A DNA stretch of 62,939 nt, filler included, from Asterionella formosa (taxonomy: Eukaryota): NCBI GenBank assembly GCA_002256025.1. It is 11 parts of 11 records of this genome, joined end to end, with 100 filler letters (N's around TTAATTAATTAA, not from the genome) between each part and the next. Parts side by side here need not be neighbours in the genome. Positions count along the whole stretch, not along the records: positions 22,992 to 28,620 come from NKIB01012979.1; positions 28,721 to 34,349 come from NKIB01012980.1; positions 34,450 to 40,076 come from NKIB01012982.1; 8 more parts are not named here. One strand, given 5' to 3'. Position numbers and translations under genes: made by a program. The notes under the pieces are model-generated. The model searched no databases. It had not been told where the DNA came from and saw only the letters and a list, made by a program, of their open reading frames with translations. Shown here piece after piece: positions 24,751 to 38,702 of this stretch (positions are counted from its first letter, which is position 1; each line of letters opens with the position of its first letter).

Positions 24751-27700
24751 CGTCTGCAAATAAAAACCATTATATTCCTATGATGTATCATAGGATTATG
24801 ATCATCTGATCATAATTTTTCTTTATATCATCTAATAATTTTGATAAATGTCCTCGTAATTTAAATAGTAACCCTTTTGACTATGGAAATTTAATTATTA
24901 TATGCATTGTTTCTTTTAGGTTCCTTTATTTAAATTTCTTGGTAGGATAATGATGTACCAGTTAAAGTAATGTGGTTTGGCTCATCATCCTCGCCAGTCC
25001 TCACTCTGATTCTTGCAACAACGACAAAGTAGCCATGTCAAGAGGAACAAGTGTTTGTGATAAAATCTTCATTTGTCGTTCAAGTCATCATATGTCTTCG
25101 ATGAATCATCATCTACATTGCACAGTATGTTTGTACTATGCAATCTGTTAAGAGCTTGAAAAGAAATCCAATGAAAACGAAATGCACAATCTACTTCTCT
25201 GTAGTAACATCGTCTCTCGTTAGAACGAAATACATCTAGAATTGAAACGCAGCATAGCAGCAGGCGATATGCACAAAGAAGCATGAGACTGTCTAGTTAT
25301 AGTAACAGAGTGATTCTGGTTTCGTAATTTTCATGTCTCATCAGATTTTCTTTGTCATCGTACTAGTTCCTTACCTTGAAGACATGTATCTGGAATATTT
25401 CAATGGATGGCAGCAGTTGGATTTAGACACAAACCTCAACAAAAGCACTAGTACTTTGTAGATGTTCATGAAAAGCGAGACACTTTGCTTGGCCTATCGA
25501 CCACCAGTCTATTGCAAAAATACAAGAAGCACAAGTTGAATGCCCATTTATGGATTCAAGGTTCAGTAGTGCAACAATGTTAAATATTAGAAACCGGAAG
25601 TCAAATTTCATCTAATTACGGTTTTCAATTTTACTGTTTTTGATTGAGAGGAAGCAATGGTAGAATGGCTGCGAAACGGGCGGGGGTCCAAGACCCTTCT
25701 TGAATGTCTCTTGCCACAGAAAATGGAGAACAGCCTCCATGATCTGTTGATTGTTGCTGTATGGTGCCACTGACCAAAACCTCCAGAAATCTCAATGATT
25801 TGCTTATTTCTTGACTTGAATGCAACAGGGATCGAAACCAGTGGAAAAATCAAAAGGCAACTAAAAATGCTCTGCAAACATCAGGACAATTGTGAAAGAG
25901 AAATGAAGGTTCTTGGGAGGAGAAGTAAAGGGATAATTGCTTCTGGTCTTGCGGGGACAAGAATGGATTGACCCAAACAATCATGTTGACAAATAAGTAC
26001 CTACCCAAAAAGGAAGCAATGCTTTCGGCATAATTAATTTATACACAAGCCTGCGCCACCTGACGTCGTCAATATAGCCACCTCGACTTTAGTATCAATG
26101 AAGAAGTCGATGGGTGGAGCATGTGAGGAAAATCGGGGTTGAGGTTTTCTTGATGCCAACGTGGACCTGCTTGGCTGAACTCCTTGCAGATGAAGGCATT
26201 GAGTAACCTGGGCCTGTGCAGCCAAAGGATAAAGAAAAATCTATGACAAGGGTGGTGAGATAGTGTTTAGGAAGGGGGAGCAAAAGTTATCATAGCTGAA
26301 TGCATTCGAAAATTCGTACAGACAATAAATGATGGCATACCATGGCTGCTCTTGGCTGACAGTTGCTAAGTCGCTCAATGTACAAACACAACAAGCAAGG
26401 GTGCACAAAAGACATTCCCATTTTAATCGACTGGCTACTACATAGTTTTGAGACTCACCATTCTGCTGCAATGGGGTGGACTTTGATCATTGCTTCGTTC
26501 GAAGCACAATCAATTCGAATGCTGTCCAGTGAAACAGCCAATGAAAACAATTGTGGCGAAAAAGCGCAGAACAGATCAAGAGATTTCATAGAAATTAAAA
26601 TAACAGGGCATATATGATGCACTGCTCCTTTTGTAGACTATATTTGATCATTTCCATATTTCACATCATACAGGCGGTGCATGGATGACTCCTCCCGCCC
26701 TTTCATTAGATATACAGCCATGTTGCGATAATTATACAGGACCTATAGGATTGGTGGTAGTCTGGTGGTCATCATTTCCGCATTGTATACCAGTAGGAGT
26801 CATGTATGCATGCATGCTGCGATAATTCTTACAAGACATAAAGATTTGGTAGCTTGGGGGTTATCACTTCCATACTGTATACAGGGGGGAAGGGGTTGCA
26901 TGCATGAGCAACTACTCCGGTATAAACTATGATCTTTAATCAATAAAGTTTGATTTGTTTATCCTATACCTTTGATCATAACATATTGATCATATGATAA
27001 ATGGTGTCGTTGATGAGAAAATGAAAGATCAACATTTATTTTCAAGAATTAGGATCAATTGATCTTAAACATATGATCAAATGATCCTAAACACATGAGC
27101 ATATTCAGTTTTCCGCTGCACTATTGTGGTATTCCCATGATAGAAGTAATACCCAGCAAGTATACAGTGGTACTACCAGTAGGCCATATGAATTTTTCGA
27201 CTGTATATGGTCAATGTGTCTATATTCATAAATGTATTTGAAAAATTGGTGATGACTCCCGTTTATTAGGGGGCTTAATTAAATCAGCCACTGACTTGTA
27301 GGTGCAAGAATTGACACAAAACAAATTGAAAAATTCAACAGGTCGTGGAAAACTATGAACTCATCATGCATTGTATATATTTGAATTATGTATAATCAAA
27401 ATTGATTGTAGTACTATACACAGGATGTGCCATATAGTGAGCGTGTTTAAAAATATGCAAATGTTCAACTATATATTCATTTAAACTTACAAATCTTTAT
27501 ATATAGTATGTATACATGGCTGAAACATTTGAAATCATGTTTTCATGTTCCTTGTCATGCATACACTTTGTTCCTGAAATGAAGGATCATCACACATTAT
27601 GACGAGGAAAACGAAAGTGATAATACAGCACAATGATACTTGTGGCTTAGAAGAGAAGGGCGGAATCAATTGATGGTAAGTCAAGAGCAAATGCCTTTCA

Positions 27701-28490
27701 TATTCCTTGTCAAGCATGCACTTCCTGAAATGAAGTATCTCAAGCAACACATGCATAGTATTACGGTTTGTCAAGAGCAAATGCCAGGATGATCAATTGT
27801 TGGAATTAAAAATACGGAATGACTCGTCACCTTTCAGTGATTCAAAAGCTCCTTTTCGATTTGGTGGCTGGCCAACCATCAATGTGGACAAAAGAAGTCG
27901 GTAAGTGCTATCATCCACAACTGTTACACAACTACGACTACCATGGAACCCATACGTAGTACATATACATGTACTACATGGGACTGATCATGCATGATTA
28001 GTACGTGATGCTATATACATGGTAATCAGGATGTAGCTCATAGTACATATTGCATTATGTACCTGCAGCTATATGTTACTCCTACGTGATAACTATTGGT
28101 ACAGATGTACCTCCAGACGTACCAATGCTAGGCTAAAAGATGACACCTACTAGCAAGGACTCTTGACACCTACTAGCAAGGACTCTTGACACCTAGCTAG
28201 CTAGTAGTACGTACCCATCTCATCAAGGCCCTTGTGAGTCCCCTTAGACTAGGAGCTAATATAGATACATTAATCATTAAGCTCATAATTAACCAGAACC
28301 TACTTGTTTAATCCTGACAACTGTAGTAGGGCAGGAGAGGTCATGCCCTTAAATTAAGTATGTAGCCCAATTTGTTGTCATCATACTAGTAGTGGGCCAC
28401 CACAGACCCAAATAATTATTTTTTTAGAAGATCATTTGATTTGACTACCGTTTTTTCTGTCAGCTGTACCAATTATTAGCGTTGTAGATG
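24751..28490 (+). mobile_element. Putative non-autonomous DNA transposon with short CRTCTRCAA termini
   Basis: Left end CGTCTGCAAATAAAAA; right end ...GCGTTGTAGATG. 24751-~26997 is a reverse-complement copy of ~53263-55659, and the right end matches termini at 34816 and 50413. No clear TSD. Confidence 0.6.
27922..28319. mobile_element. Possible solo LTR
   Basis: TGTTA...TGACA, ~400 bp, ACAAC at both boundaries, internal 23-bp tandem duplication (tgacacctactagcaaggactct). Confidence 0.35.
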
Positions 28491-28933
28491 CACCATGACA
28501 AGATATGATGGGAGGACCAGGCCACCAATCTAAGAACAAGGCAATGACTACTGCGAAAAAATGCGAGGAGTTATCATTGATGGAGTGACAAACCAACAAG
28601 ATAAAATGGGAACACCACCANNNNNNNNNNNNNNNNNNNNNNNNNNNNNNNNNNNNNNNNNNNNTTAATTAATTAANNNNNNNNNNNNNNNNNNNNNNNN
28701 NNNNNNNNNNNNNNNNNNNNAGTATTTATAACATATATGTATGATATAGCGGTATATAGCCATGCTGCTTGCTTGGTTGCGCCTTTTTTTGTCTCGATGA
28801 TGACACTGCCGGATTCAGAGCCGTCGTTGACTCTAACAAACACAAACAAATCTTCTAAACATTGTTCATAGGCAACCACAGCAAAGAAATACACTGCATT
28901 AATTAAACAGTTACCCAAGATACAACAGCCACC

Positions 28934-29852
28934 ATGAGAGCGCCATTGAGATCAGGAATGCTTGGGCGAGGCCGAGGAGATGGAGGCCGTGGTGGTCGAG
29001 GCGGAGGAAGAGGCGATGGGGGACGCGGAGGGGGGAGAGGAGGAAGAGGAGGATTTAGAGATGAAGGACCCCCAGATCAGATTGTTGGTAAGATTTTGTT
29101 CACCATAGGAATGGATGCTGTCCAGATGCTTCAGCAAGGGAGGCTACGAGAAATTTACAATGGACCCCAACTAACCATCTCACTATCTTCCAAATACACA
29201 GAGGCAGGAAATGTTTTACATGAATGTGAGTCTGAACTTGTTTGCAAGTGGAGCGTAGAGAACAAAGTACCATACTTCAACGCTGGTGTTTATCTAGAAA
29301 ATAAACGCAAGATCGGAAAGATCGATGAAATATTGGGGAAAATATCAGAAGTATTTTTTACCGTCAAAATGGATCCGGGTGTAGTTGCCAAGTCTTTTCA
29401 GAAGGACGATGTCGTCTATATTGGTACAGATAAGCTATTGCCTCTAGCGAGATTCACAAATCCTCCGAAAGAAAGTGGCGGACGTGGAGGTCGAACAGGA
29501 CGAGGAGATGGACGAGGAGGTGGACGGTACGTTATATTTTGCCTCACTTTTGCCAAGTCGTACTGATTCTTATTTTTCAGCTGACAATAATTCGGTTTTT
29601 TTTGCAGTGGTGGGGGCAGAGGATTTTCTCCAAGTGGCCGTGGCGCGGCCAGAGGAGGAGGTCGAGGTGGTTCGTTCGGTCGTGGTGGCGGGGGCGGAAG
29701 GACGTTTTCTGGAGGAAGAAGTGCGGGGCGGTGAGTGCTCAAAGTGGACTTATTTGTTTTGATCTTTTGCTATGTACATTTCTCTACAATTACTTACTAG
29801 CTTGATTTTATTTTCTAGTGGTGGCGGTAGAGGTGGTCGGGGCAGATTCTAG
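28934..29852 (+). CDS. GAR1: H/ACA snoRNP subunit GAR1. Exons 28934-29087, 29202-29526, 29608-29730, 29819-29852
   Basis: RGG-rich N- and C-termini around the core [48 protein letters not shown] introns restore the frame, ending RGRF-stop. Confidence 0.96.
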
Positions 29853-30135
29853 GATACTGGACTTCCCGATTCGTCCTCATTACATACTGTCTTCGTAAAA
29901 CATATAAATCGACTGCACCTTCTTCACATTGCTGGAAAACAGCCACATAGTTTTTCTTACCACCCCAAACAACAACAATTGGGATTGTTAGTGACCATTA
30001 CATGCATGCTCCATAAGCATCAATGTCAGACTGAACAGGATACTGGAGCGAATACAAGGTGCAAAATTGAAAGCATTCTAACCCATTTCTATACTTCATA
30101 TCTTGCATTCTCTAGTAATTAGCGCGTGTTCCATG

Positions 30136-33100
30136 TCATTGTAGAGGCATGTCATCGGAATCGAAACAAGGCTCTGGGTATACTGACTCATCGGAATCGT
30201 CGTGGTTCACAACAGACCCCATTGGTGATGTGGAAGGTGACGCGGATGGACTGCCTACCACGGCCTTATCATCGATGTCCATACCGTCGTCTCGAGCGGT
30301 ATCGCCAACTTTACCAGTGCGTCCCATGACGACCGCAGGCAATGGACATTCCAAATCTTTCCCATCAAAGACGACATCCCGTCGCCTATAGTAAAGTACG
30401 TACGCCGCACTCGAAACTACTTCGCTGGGGTCGATGTTGGTTGTAACCCGACTGTCGTCGAAATGGCACCAAACTCCATCCGTGCTCATTGCATAGGCTG
30501 TGTAATGACCTCCTCCGAGGCCACCATAATGGTTGCTCACAGCATAACAGTCATAGATCGTTTTTTCGTTGTCTGTCCAATGCATAACCTCTTTTGTCAA
30601 ATCAAGTCCCTTTAAAGGGAATTCGATCAAGTAATCTATTTTGTCACGTCTATGAGTTGAGGCGGAGTAGTGGAATCGCTTGAGATGGATGATTAAAATA
30701 GGTGGGGCACGATACAGGTGGAACTGCTTCCATGCTCGAACGTGCTCCTTGCATTGACTGCAATACCACATTTCAGTCTCTTCAAGTTGTTCCATTTGAC
30801 AGTACTTCTCAATGCACTGTGCGACAGTGATGGTCTTCTGGCCCATTCTTGTCCTTGTTCCTTCAAGTGTGTATTCGTCTTCTTCAGTGTCTTCCCAACT
30901 TGCCTGGTCGAAGCACCGTTCGCTGAGATCATCGGGCCAATGAAGATAAATAGCTCCATCTGGGCCGACAGTGTCAGCGACGAATTCACTTTCTTTTGGG
31001 TCCGTGGGCGATGCAAGGGGAAAGAGGCGGCTTCCACTCGAGTCATTCGGCCTGTCGAGCATGCCCAGTTGGCTAGTGGACGAATACGACGATTGTTTGT
31101 AAGAATATGCCGACTTGCGTTCAAAAGTCATCGGAACTTGTCGCATGATCAGGACCTGAGGTGTTCCAAGACCTTCGATTGGAGTAGCATGGAGATTATC
31201 ATTAGGAAAAAGCACAAAATCCTGGTCGGGACTTCTACCTTCGCTGGCAGGTTCGGAGTGATCAGTGGACGACGCTGGCCGAGAATGTCCTTCGGCAGTT
31301 CGTTCCAAGGCGTTTGTCAGCAGCGGGAGCTGGCAAGCGAGCTCCTGACGGAAATCATAAACCGTCATATTGCCTGGTATTCTCAAACACAACGGAAAGG
31401 TGAAAGCGACGTCATTTGATCCTCCATTCAATCGCGAATTTCGTGCAGTTCGGGTTTTCAACACAATTTGAACAATGATTCCATCAGAATACTTTTTGCT
31501 ACGCATTTGTTGAAGAATGAGTAACCGAAGTTTCTTCGCGATAAATTCGAGCATGACAATATCTTCTTTCGTAGAAATGTTGCGAAACATCGGGGTGTTG
31601 TTGCAGACTTCCTGGATAGAAGGGAGATCGTCAGTGACGAAATCATCGTCGTCTTTTTTGGCATCATCTTTGTCGTCATCTTGATCCTGGAAATCCGAGG
31701 TCTCTATGCATTTGTCAAGAAAACTTTCGAGTTGGTTGTAGAAACGCAGTCGATCGTCAACCGAGCCACGGGTTGGATTTGTAAGTCTCGCCGCCGTGGT
31801 TGAATTTGCAAGCTTTGATTCCAAAATGTTGATCCATTTGTCATTTTGGTCGAGTCGATCACCAACAGTGGAGTCCATATCAAGGAAGGGCAAACGATTC
31901 TTCGTCCGTGTCTCGATTTCTATGTCGACTGATGTAGATACAGATGGTGATGGGTCTTCGTCTGCGGATGCAAATGTAGAAATCGGTCGGAGTTGATAAA
32001 CAAATGTCTTGTCATTTTCTCGAATTTTGTCGATTTCGCCGTCGGGTTTGTAAAAGGAATACACCTCGTTGTTCCATACATCTACTGCGACAAGATCATT
32101 AACGTCCACTTGGTCCTTTCCCGTTGCATTGATTTTCTCTGCCAATTTCTTCAGCATCGTAGTCATTGAAGCCATTTTCGAGATAGTGAGCGTCACATTC
32201 CGATGTGCTCCATTTATTGGTTTATATGTGACCTTTAAATTTCGATCAGTCGAGCCAGGGATGGGCACTGAAAGGTACATGAAAGGATCAAATGTTATTG
32301 ATACCCTACCACAACCTGGTTCAGGGCACTGAACTCTACTCTTTACTTGACCCATAAAGTTTTCCAGCACTTTGGAATCTTCTCGCTTTAAGTGCAAGTT
32401 CCACGCTTTTTCTGCGGCAATGTCGTCTGCCTCGTTCTCCCCTTGCTCTGGTTTTTCGACATATGGTTTCTTTGTGACACGGTTGGTATCTTCATGAAGC
32501 GCATCCAAAAGATAAGTAGCCAACTCTTGCGAGTCATGTTGATCATATCCAACAAACTGTTCAGCATGCTTGCCAAGACAGTACTTGAAGCTTCGAGGGT
32601 ATACGACGTTGTTGTACGTCGACGAGGCACTTATACCAAACATTTCACTCAACAATTCAGCAAATTGAGTTGCGAGTTCTCCTCCGGTGCCCAATGGATT
32701 TTCAAGGTTCAAATCGTTTTTATACTCTCCGGTCACGAAATATTTTCGCAAAGGCTCAGTATGCGCAAGACATTGCAACGTACTATTCATGAAACATGTA
32801 TTTCCTAGGTTTCCAAGTCCACTGCCAAATCGTTTTCGTTTCTTCAAATTTGCACTCATTCGTTCATCGTCATAGTCCATAGTGGAATCGTCAGTGTTTG
32901 ATGCGACTGTAGTTGCTGTTGGAGGTGGGGCTAGAATGATTCTATCTTCAATTGAAGCAGGAGCAATCTTTGAAAGTCCGGCGTCCGGAAACTACCATGG
33001 AGGAGAAAATGTTAGATCAAAGCATTCATAGAATATTTGTTTATAGCTTGCAAGGATAGAAACGAATGAAGCGCTCGCTGTGTTCAACCGGCTTACCAAG

Positions 33101-33579
33101 TCATTGAGACCTTCGTCGTCTGAAACAACATCTGTTGGCAGCACAACAAAGTCGAATCGTCCGGTAGCAGGAACGTTAACCATCTGATGTCCAAGTTGTA
33201 CAGCCAGGTTGGAATCTGTGCCAAGATCGGATACGTGTGGTACGACTTGGTAACGTCCCTCGATATCAAAGCCAAATTTGTTGCTCAAGAGAGTCCAAAC
33301 ATTTGATCCAACCAGAAAGAAATCTTGTGCAAACACAATGTCGCGTCTCAACGCTAGTTTCTGTGCTATCTTTCGCTGCACGTAGAAGTCGCTTTCGGCC
33401 TTTTCTTCGTCGTCTGAAACTTCTGTGGATATAAACAAAGAAGCATTCTGTATCTTTTGAGCTGGCTTCTGATCAGTATTCCCTTTCAAGAAGGGAAGAC
33501 ACGCTTCCATCCAAGAGCAAGGGACAATATAGATGGCAAGGGCAGCAGCTTGCGCTGGCTGAGACATTGCATTCATCAT
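30136..33579 (-). CDS. Ubiquitin-specific protease (peptidase C19, USP4/11/15-like). Exons 33579-33097 and 32991-30136, ~1112 aa
   Basis: Cys box GLGNLGNTCFMNSTLQCL, QHDSQE, HLKRF, His box AVSNHYGGLGGGHYTAY, FDDS, AYVLYY. DUSP-like N-terminal exon joined in frame through a GTAAG..TAG intron at 32992-33096. Confidence 0.95.
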
Positions 33580-34019
33580 GGAAAGGTTGTCTTCGTCCTA
33601 CCAACGAGACAGAGGGAAGAACGCTTACGTTAGCCGAGTCAAAGTAGACGCACGCCGGTTCCGCAGAAATACGATTCAGGGAGCTGGCTCCATCGTTGAG
33701 CACTTACCAACGCAGCCTGAAATGCCATGGCAATGGAAAAGGTCGAGACAGCCATGTAGCCAGGAAGAGAAGCGACGTTATCGCCGTTCGGGCTACGAAG
33801 CGTCATCTCTTTTTACAAGTACCGGTGGTTCTTAAGGGAAATGAAGGAACTGCCGCCGGCCAACAGGGTCATCGTCGTGTTGGCCGTGACGGTGGCGATT
33901 TTATTAACAGCAGGTTCGTTGGTTGATGGAGGTACAGGCAGCTGGTGTGGAGTGCCTCACCACAGCCATACATACGAACATACAGGTAGTAGAGCACATT
34001 CTCGTTTGGTGCAGCACAC

Positions 34020-34200
34020 GTACCAGGTACCTGGTACCCTGGTACCTGATACCGGCACCTGCATGCCTGCATGACCTGATAGACACTGGTACCAGGTACC
34101 TGGTACTCTGACCGGCCTCCAACAGGCGAGGTACCAGTACCAGTACCTGGTACAGCAACTACCTGGTACCAGGTACCGGTGACTGCAGTACCCTAGTACG
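34020..34200. repeat. GGTACC/CCWGG palindromic oligomer array upstream of the USP gene
   Basis: gtaccaggtacctggtaccctggtacctg...tggtaccaggtacctggtac...acctggtaccaggtaccggt. Confidence 0.9.
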
Positions 34201-34449
34201 CACCGCCATTTGTTGGGCGTGATAAAATATATGGAATCCAACAAATCGAGAATCAATATTCTTAGTAGTGATTAGAAACCAAGATCCAAAACATCTCGAC
34301 ATTTATTGACAAATGACTGGAGATGTTTACTTATTGACAAATGACTGGANNNNNNNNNNNNNNNNNNNNNNNNNNNNNNNNNNNNNNNNNNNNTTAATTA
34401 ATTAANNNNNNNNNNNNNNNNNNNNNNNNNNNNNNNNNNNNNNNNNNNN

Positions 34450-34816
34450 ACAGAATTAATGGTAGTCAGAGTGAAGAATATTTGTGAACGGAAATGTTGC
34501 GAATTGTCGAGAAAAGTACCGTATTATAGAGATTATTACTGAACAAATTTTTCTTCGTGTCGCAGGAAAATATTGTCAGTTGGCCCCAAAAATTATGTGG
34601 GTTTCTAAAATAATTATGGAAGTTGTCGAAACTATTTTAGTTCACTCCGTCCATATATATTGTATGATGCATCATATTTTTTTGTGATGTCATACCCTTA
34701 AATTATGTACTTAGCTAAATTCGTCATATTGGGCCACCCAAATAATTAATTTGGGTGATCATATTTGACTAGCGTTTTTTTTGTGGCGGCTGTACCAGTA
34801 ATCGGCGTTGTAGATG
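34450..34816 (-). mobile_element. DNA transposon end (CATCTACAACGCC terminus) abutting a copia element
   Basis: Near-identical reverse complement of 50413-50779; similarity stops sharply at ...GTTGTAGATG, where copia pol sequence begins. Confidence 0.8.
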
Positions 34817-37800
34817 ATCCGTGCTGGTACACGCTGTATTTCAATGGGCGAAAGTAAAGCAACACCAAGAGACAATGGTGTCCCTCTTTCTTGTGTCATA
34901 GTCACCTGCATTGGTGACCCCCTCTGAAGATAAGACGGCGTCTCATCTCTGTGTAGACCCATGGTGGGTAACACCTTAGCCTCCATATGACGTTTCTTGT
35001 CTAGGTAGGCATCATCGTTTTCGGTCCATTCCTCCTGTAAGGTAGTAGGCAAATCATGTTCATCAAAATACGCCTGAAAGCGTGATTTGTTGAAAATATT
35101 CTCCCTGTGTGCTGCGGGGTCATCTCCCTCTGGAATGGACATCACTGTAGAAAAGAAGTCATCGAACACCACATGAAATTGAGGTGATATACTTCCAGTC
35201 TTCAAGTTTAGTACCAGGGGCACGTTGCTACTGTGATTAGGGAACATTCCCACAAACAGAGCACGCCGAGATCTTGGTTCCCATCTGGGCAGTTTCATGC
35301 CATTTTGCATCTTTGGATCTAATACATAGGATGGACAGCCCCACACATGTAAATCCTTAAGACCATGCCTGGGTACTAGAGACCCAGTAAATATATCCAT
35401 TGGTGACTGACCTGTTCGTATGCCTGGGACATGGTTATAGACATGCGCAGCATAATCAACTGCCATAGGCCATAGTGTCGCATCAGCAGTTTCAGGCCAT
35501 CTTATAGATGCATGTAGCATCATGACTCGTGCCATATTGGATACAGTGCGTATGCTTCTTTCAGCAACACCGTTCTGGTGGTGTGCACCAACTCCACAGT
35601 ATTTTACTTGTTGTCCTCGCGCAATAATTGCGTCAACAAACTCCTTAGCGCCGAATGTTCCGTTATCAGTCATATAGAATGCAACAAGAACACCGTGATT
35701 GTAAGCCCAATTCTCGAATTGCTGCTTTCCAGTGAGTGTTTCGGTTGACGAAAATCCCACCTGATGGTGAACATAAAGAAGGCCTGATGCGTGATCCACA
35801 AAAATACAGCCCCCTTTATACATGCAAGAATCTTGTGATTTTCCTCGCGAAGAATATTGTCGTCCGAGGACACGGGATTGAAAATGGTCCACAGACACTC
35901 CTGAGCCTGGATATAGATCACCAGACTTACATTTCCCTCCCTCTCAGGCGAAGGAATGCTGATTGCGGCTTTTAAAGGTTTTCTATGGGCCTTACCGTAC
36001 TCACATGCTGCACACTTAGGTGCAGTGCAACGGGCAGCTGCTCGACTCTTGAGATTGTTACCAAATGACGGTTGTCGTAATAACCACTGAATTGTAGCAG
36101 AGCCCAAATGTCCCAGTTTGTAGTGCCAATGCAGATACTCCTTCTGTGCCTCTGTTAAATTCTGATTGCGGTCTTCGGTGACGCATAGATATACTAGGTA
36201 CTCCTCTCGTTGGCCTGCAGTAGCAGAACGAATTGCTCGACTTGTTGGCATTTCATTGACTGGGTCATTGTAAATAGTTAAAGGTGGTTTACCATCTATC
36301 AGTAGCTGGGCATAGTCATCCAGTGTGACAAACTGACCGGTAAAACCTTGTTCTTTAGAGAATATTTGTTGGGGTGATAGAAGACGCTGTGTACACTGAG
36401 GAACATAGTATGCATTCAGATGCAGGTGCAACAAACGTCCATCGTCAGATAGAAAAGTCCAGTGGACAGTGCCTATGCCTTCTACAGCAAGGCCTGAAGC
36501 AATCCCTCCCAGGCGTAATGGTGCCTTGGGAATTGATAACTCCCCAACAAAATCTCCCTTATATGCGCTTACGGGGCGTGTTGCCCCAGTATCCCAAATA
36601 ACGGAGAAATGTTCATCTTTGTTGTTGAACATGGTGTTTGAATCCATTTCATATGGTTTTATTTGTTCATTAGAACTTAATATATTTATTTCTGGTGCAT
36701 ATATTTCATGTAGTTTACTGTCAGTTTCATGTAAATGTGTAGGGCCAACAGTGACGCATCGCTGCTGGCAGGCAACTCAGAAGGTACTGGTGAACCATGT
36801 GTGATCATCGTGGTCCTCATTACCCGATTCATCATCGGAGTCACTTGCCTCACTAGTAGAGTAGTAAATGCGACCAGACAAGACTGCACGGAATAAGCTA
36901 ATCTGTTCCACTTCCATCATTTCTGTGGATTCATCATCATGGACATCTGATTCACAATCAAAGAACATGTCACAGTCTTCGTCTGTACTAGAGAGGTAGC
37001 CTGTGGGGAGGACAGTAGTCCTATTTGGGCCCAATGGTGGCGGAGTCACGCATGGGGATTTCAGACTGGCGTCAACTTGTTGAGCATGCAACAAATCACG
37101 GACAACATTTAACCATTCTACATTCTCTTCACTACTGGCAGCAACATATCCAAAAGGGGTAAAAGCAAGTGTGGCGTCCTCCTCTGGTGCATCATCCACG
37201 TTGAGGACTGCATGAGCTAGACCTGCTACTGCACCCTGGTTTTTAACTGGCTGGCTTCCTGTGTGGGTGGCTGTGGAGTTTGTAGTGGACCAACGGCCTT
37301 CCCAGCCACGACATTTAGCGCACCAATGCCATGTTTTTCCGTCCCTATTAATTGTATTAAGAGAACCATCAGTAGGAGGAACATCCTTTCTGGACCTGAG
37401 TCCTTCTTCTTGAATTCACCTCCAGGCACATCATTTTCTGGACAGTTAGGCTTAATATGCCCCTTTTTTCCACACTTATAACAAACAATGTCAGGAGAGT
37501 CTTTAATACTACCTAGATTCCTACGCAGCAGCTTTAATTCCTCAACAACTGCTGCTTGATAGGCATTGGGAAGGGCATCTGACTGCAACTTAGGTACTGT
37601 CTTCAGAGGTGGCCAGCGGTCATAATCAACTGGACGCTTAAAACTGGACATTGCCAACTCGCATAAGGACTTAACACCCAGAGAAGTACTCTGAAATGCC
37701 AGAATTGTCCCTACATCCTAACCAAGTAGGGAGCGCTCTTCATCATCTACCTGTACAGACTTTGAATAGAACGGGGTTCTGAACTCTTCTACACTGCAAC

Positions 37801-38600
37801 ATAGAAACTTTGCAATGACCACGCTTGAAATGGTAGCAGGCATGGCATTGCCATGCTGGTTCAGTAGATTATATGTTGCCTGAACGTCATTTACGAGCAA
37901 GCGGACATTTTCACCAGGATAGTTAGAAAGAGACAGATTACGAAATTGTTCTACTATACTATCCATGCATTGAGGTGAACCTGATGTCACCTCATCCATT
38001 AGTGCCATCCACAATAGTAGACCTGGACCCCAATCACCATATTCCTCCAGTCGCTCATATAAACCAGTAAGGATCTTGGGATCTACATGCGATTCAATTA
38101 ACCTCCACAGGTGTGCTGAATCTTCTCTTGCTTGATTATCCCATACCTTTGCCCGGTTATGATATGATTCTTCTGTCTCTATTTCTGGATCATAAGGTAG
38201 AAACACTGGGACAGGTTCCACTTCTAAGCATTTGTCAATGTAGAGTTTGACCTGTGCAAACTTGATCCTAGAGTGATTAGTGGCCATGTCCCACATCTCA
38301 CCCTCTGCATCAGGAGCATATAAAAAGGTGTCTACCCCCAGCATGGCTGCTTCCTTACGAATTACACGTTCCAATTCATACAAGGTATAGTCCTTAGTAG
38401 TATCCCCAGTGGGACCCTTATAGAGCTTACGCCTCTCTTTGGTACCTGGTACAGTAGTCGAATAGGCTACAAACTTCCTTGGTATCTCCTGTACGTAGCT
38501 GATACGGAGAAAACATTGGAGACATTTCAGTAATAAAATGACGATCCAAACTGCCCCCAGAGTAGCGAAGTCCTTCTGGGGTGACGTGTCCAAATTTAGT
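34817..38600 (-). pseudogene. Ty1/copia (CoDi-like) gag-protease-integrase, frameshifted, RT absent
   Basis: Gag (LSNYPGENV), knuckle CYKCGKKGHIKPNC, protease VIWDTGAT, HHCC motif HWHYKLGH..CAAC, integrase SVDH..TDNG..HHQNGVAERSIR, VWGCPSYVLDP, SISPQFHVVFDD. Confidence 0.93.
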
Positions 38601-38702
38601 TGCCTGCAACATGATGTTGTACCAGGTACCTTGCCGATGGTATGTGTAGGTACCAGGTACCCCGGTGCACTTGAAAGGTTTGTACTTGAAGGGCAACCTT
38701 AA

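Noticed and set aside
28790..30120. snoRNAs in or around GAR1
   Set aside because: Isolated ATGATGA and ACA-like words without a supporting box D partner or two-hairpin structure.
30718..31419. 233-aa plus-strand ORF and other ORFs overlapping the USP gene
   Set aside because: Antisense shadows of a well-supported CDS.
33841..34256. Short ORFs rich in VPGT/YQV/WY (also near 23443-23989 and 58782-59382)
   Set aside because: Translation artefacts of the stop-poor GGTACC palindrome arrays.
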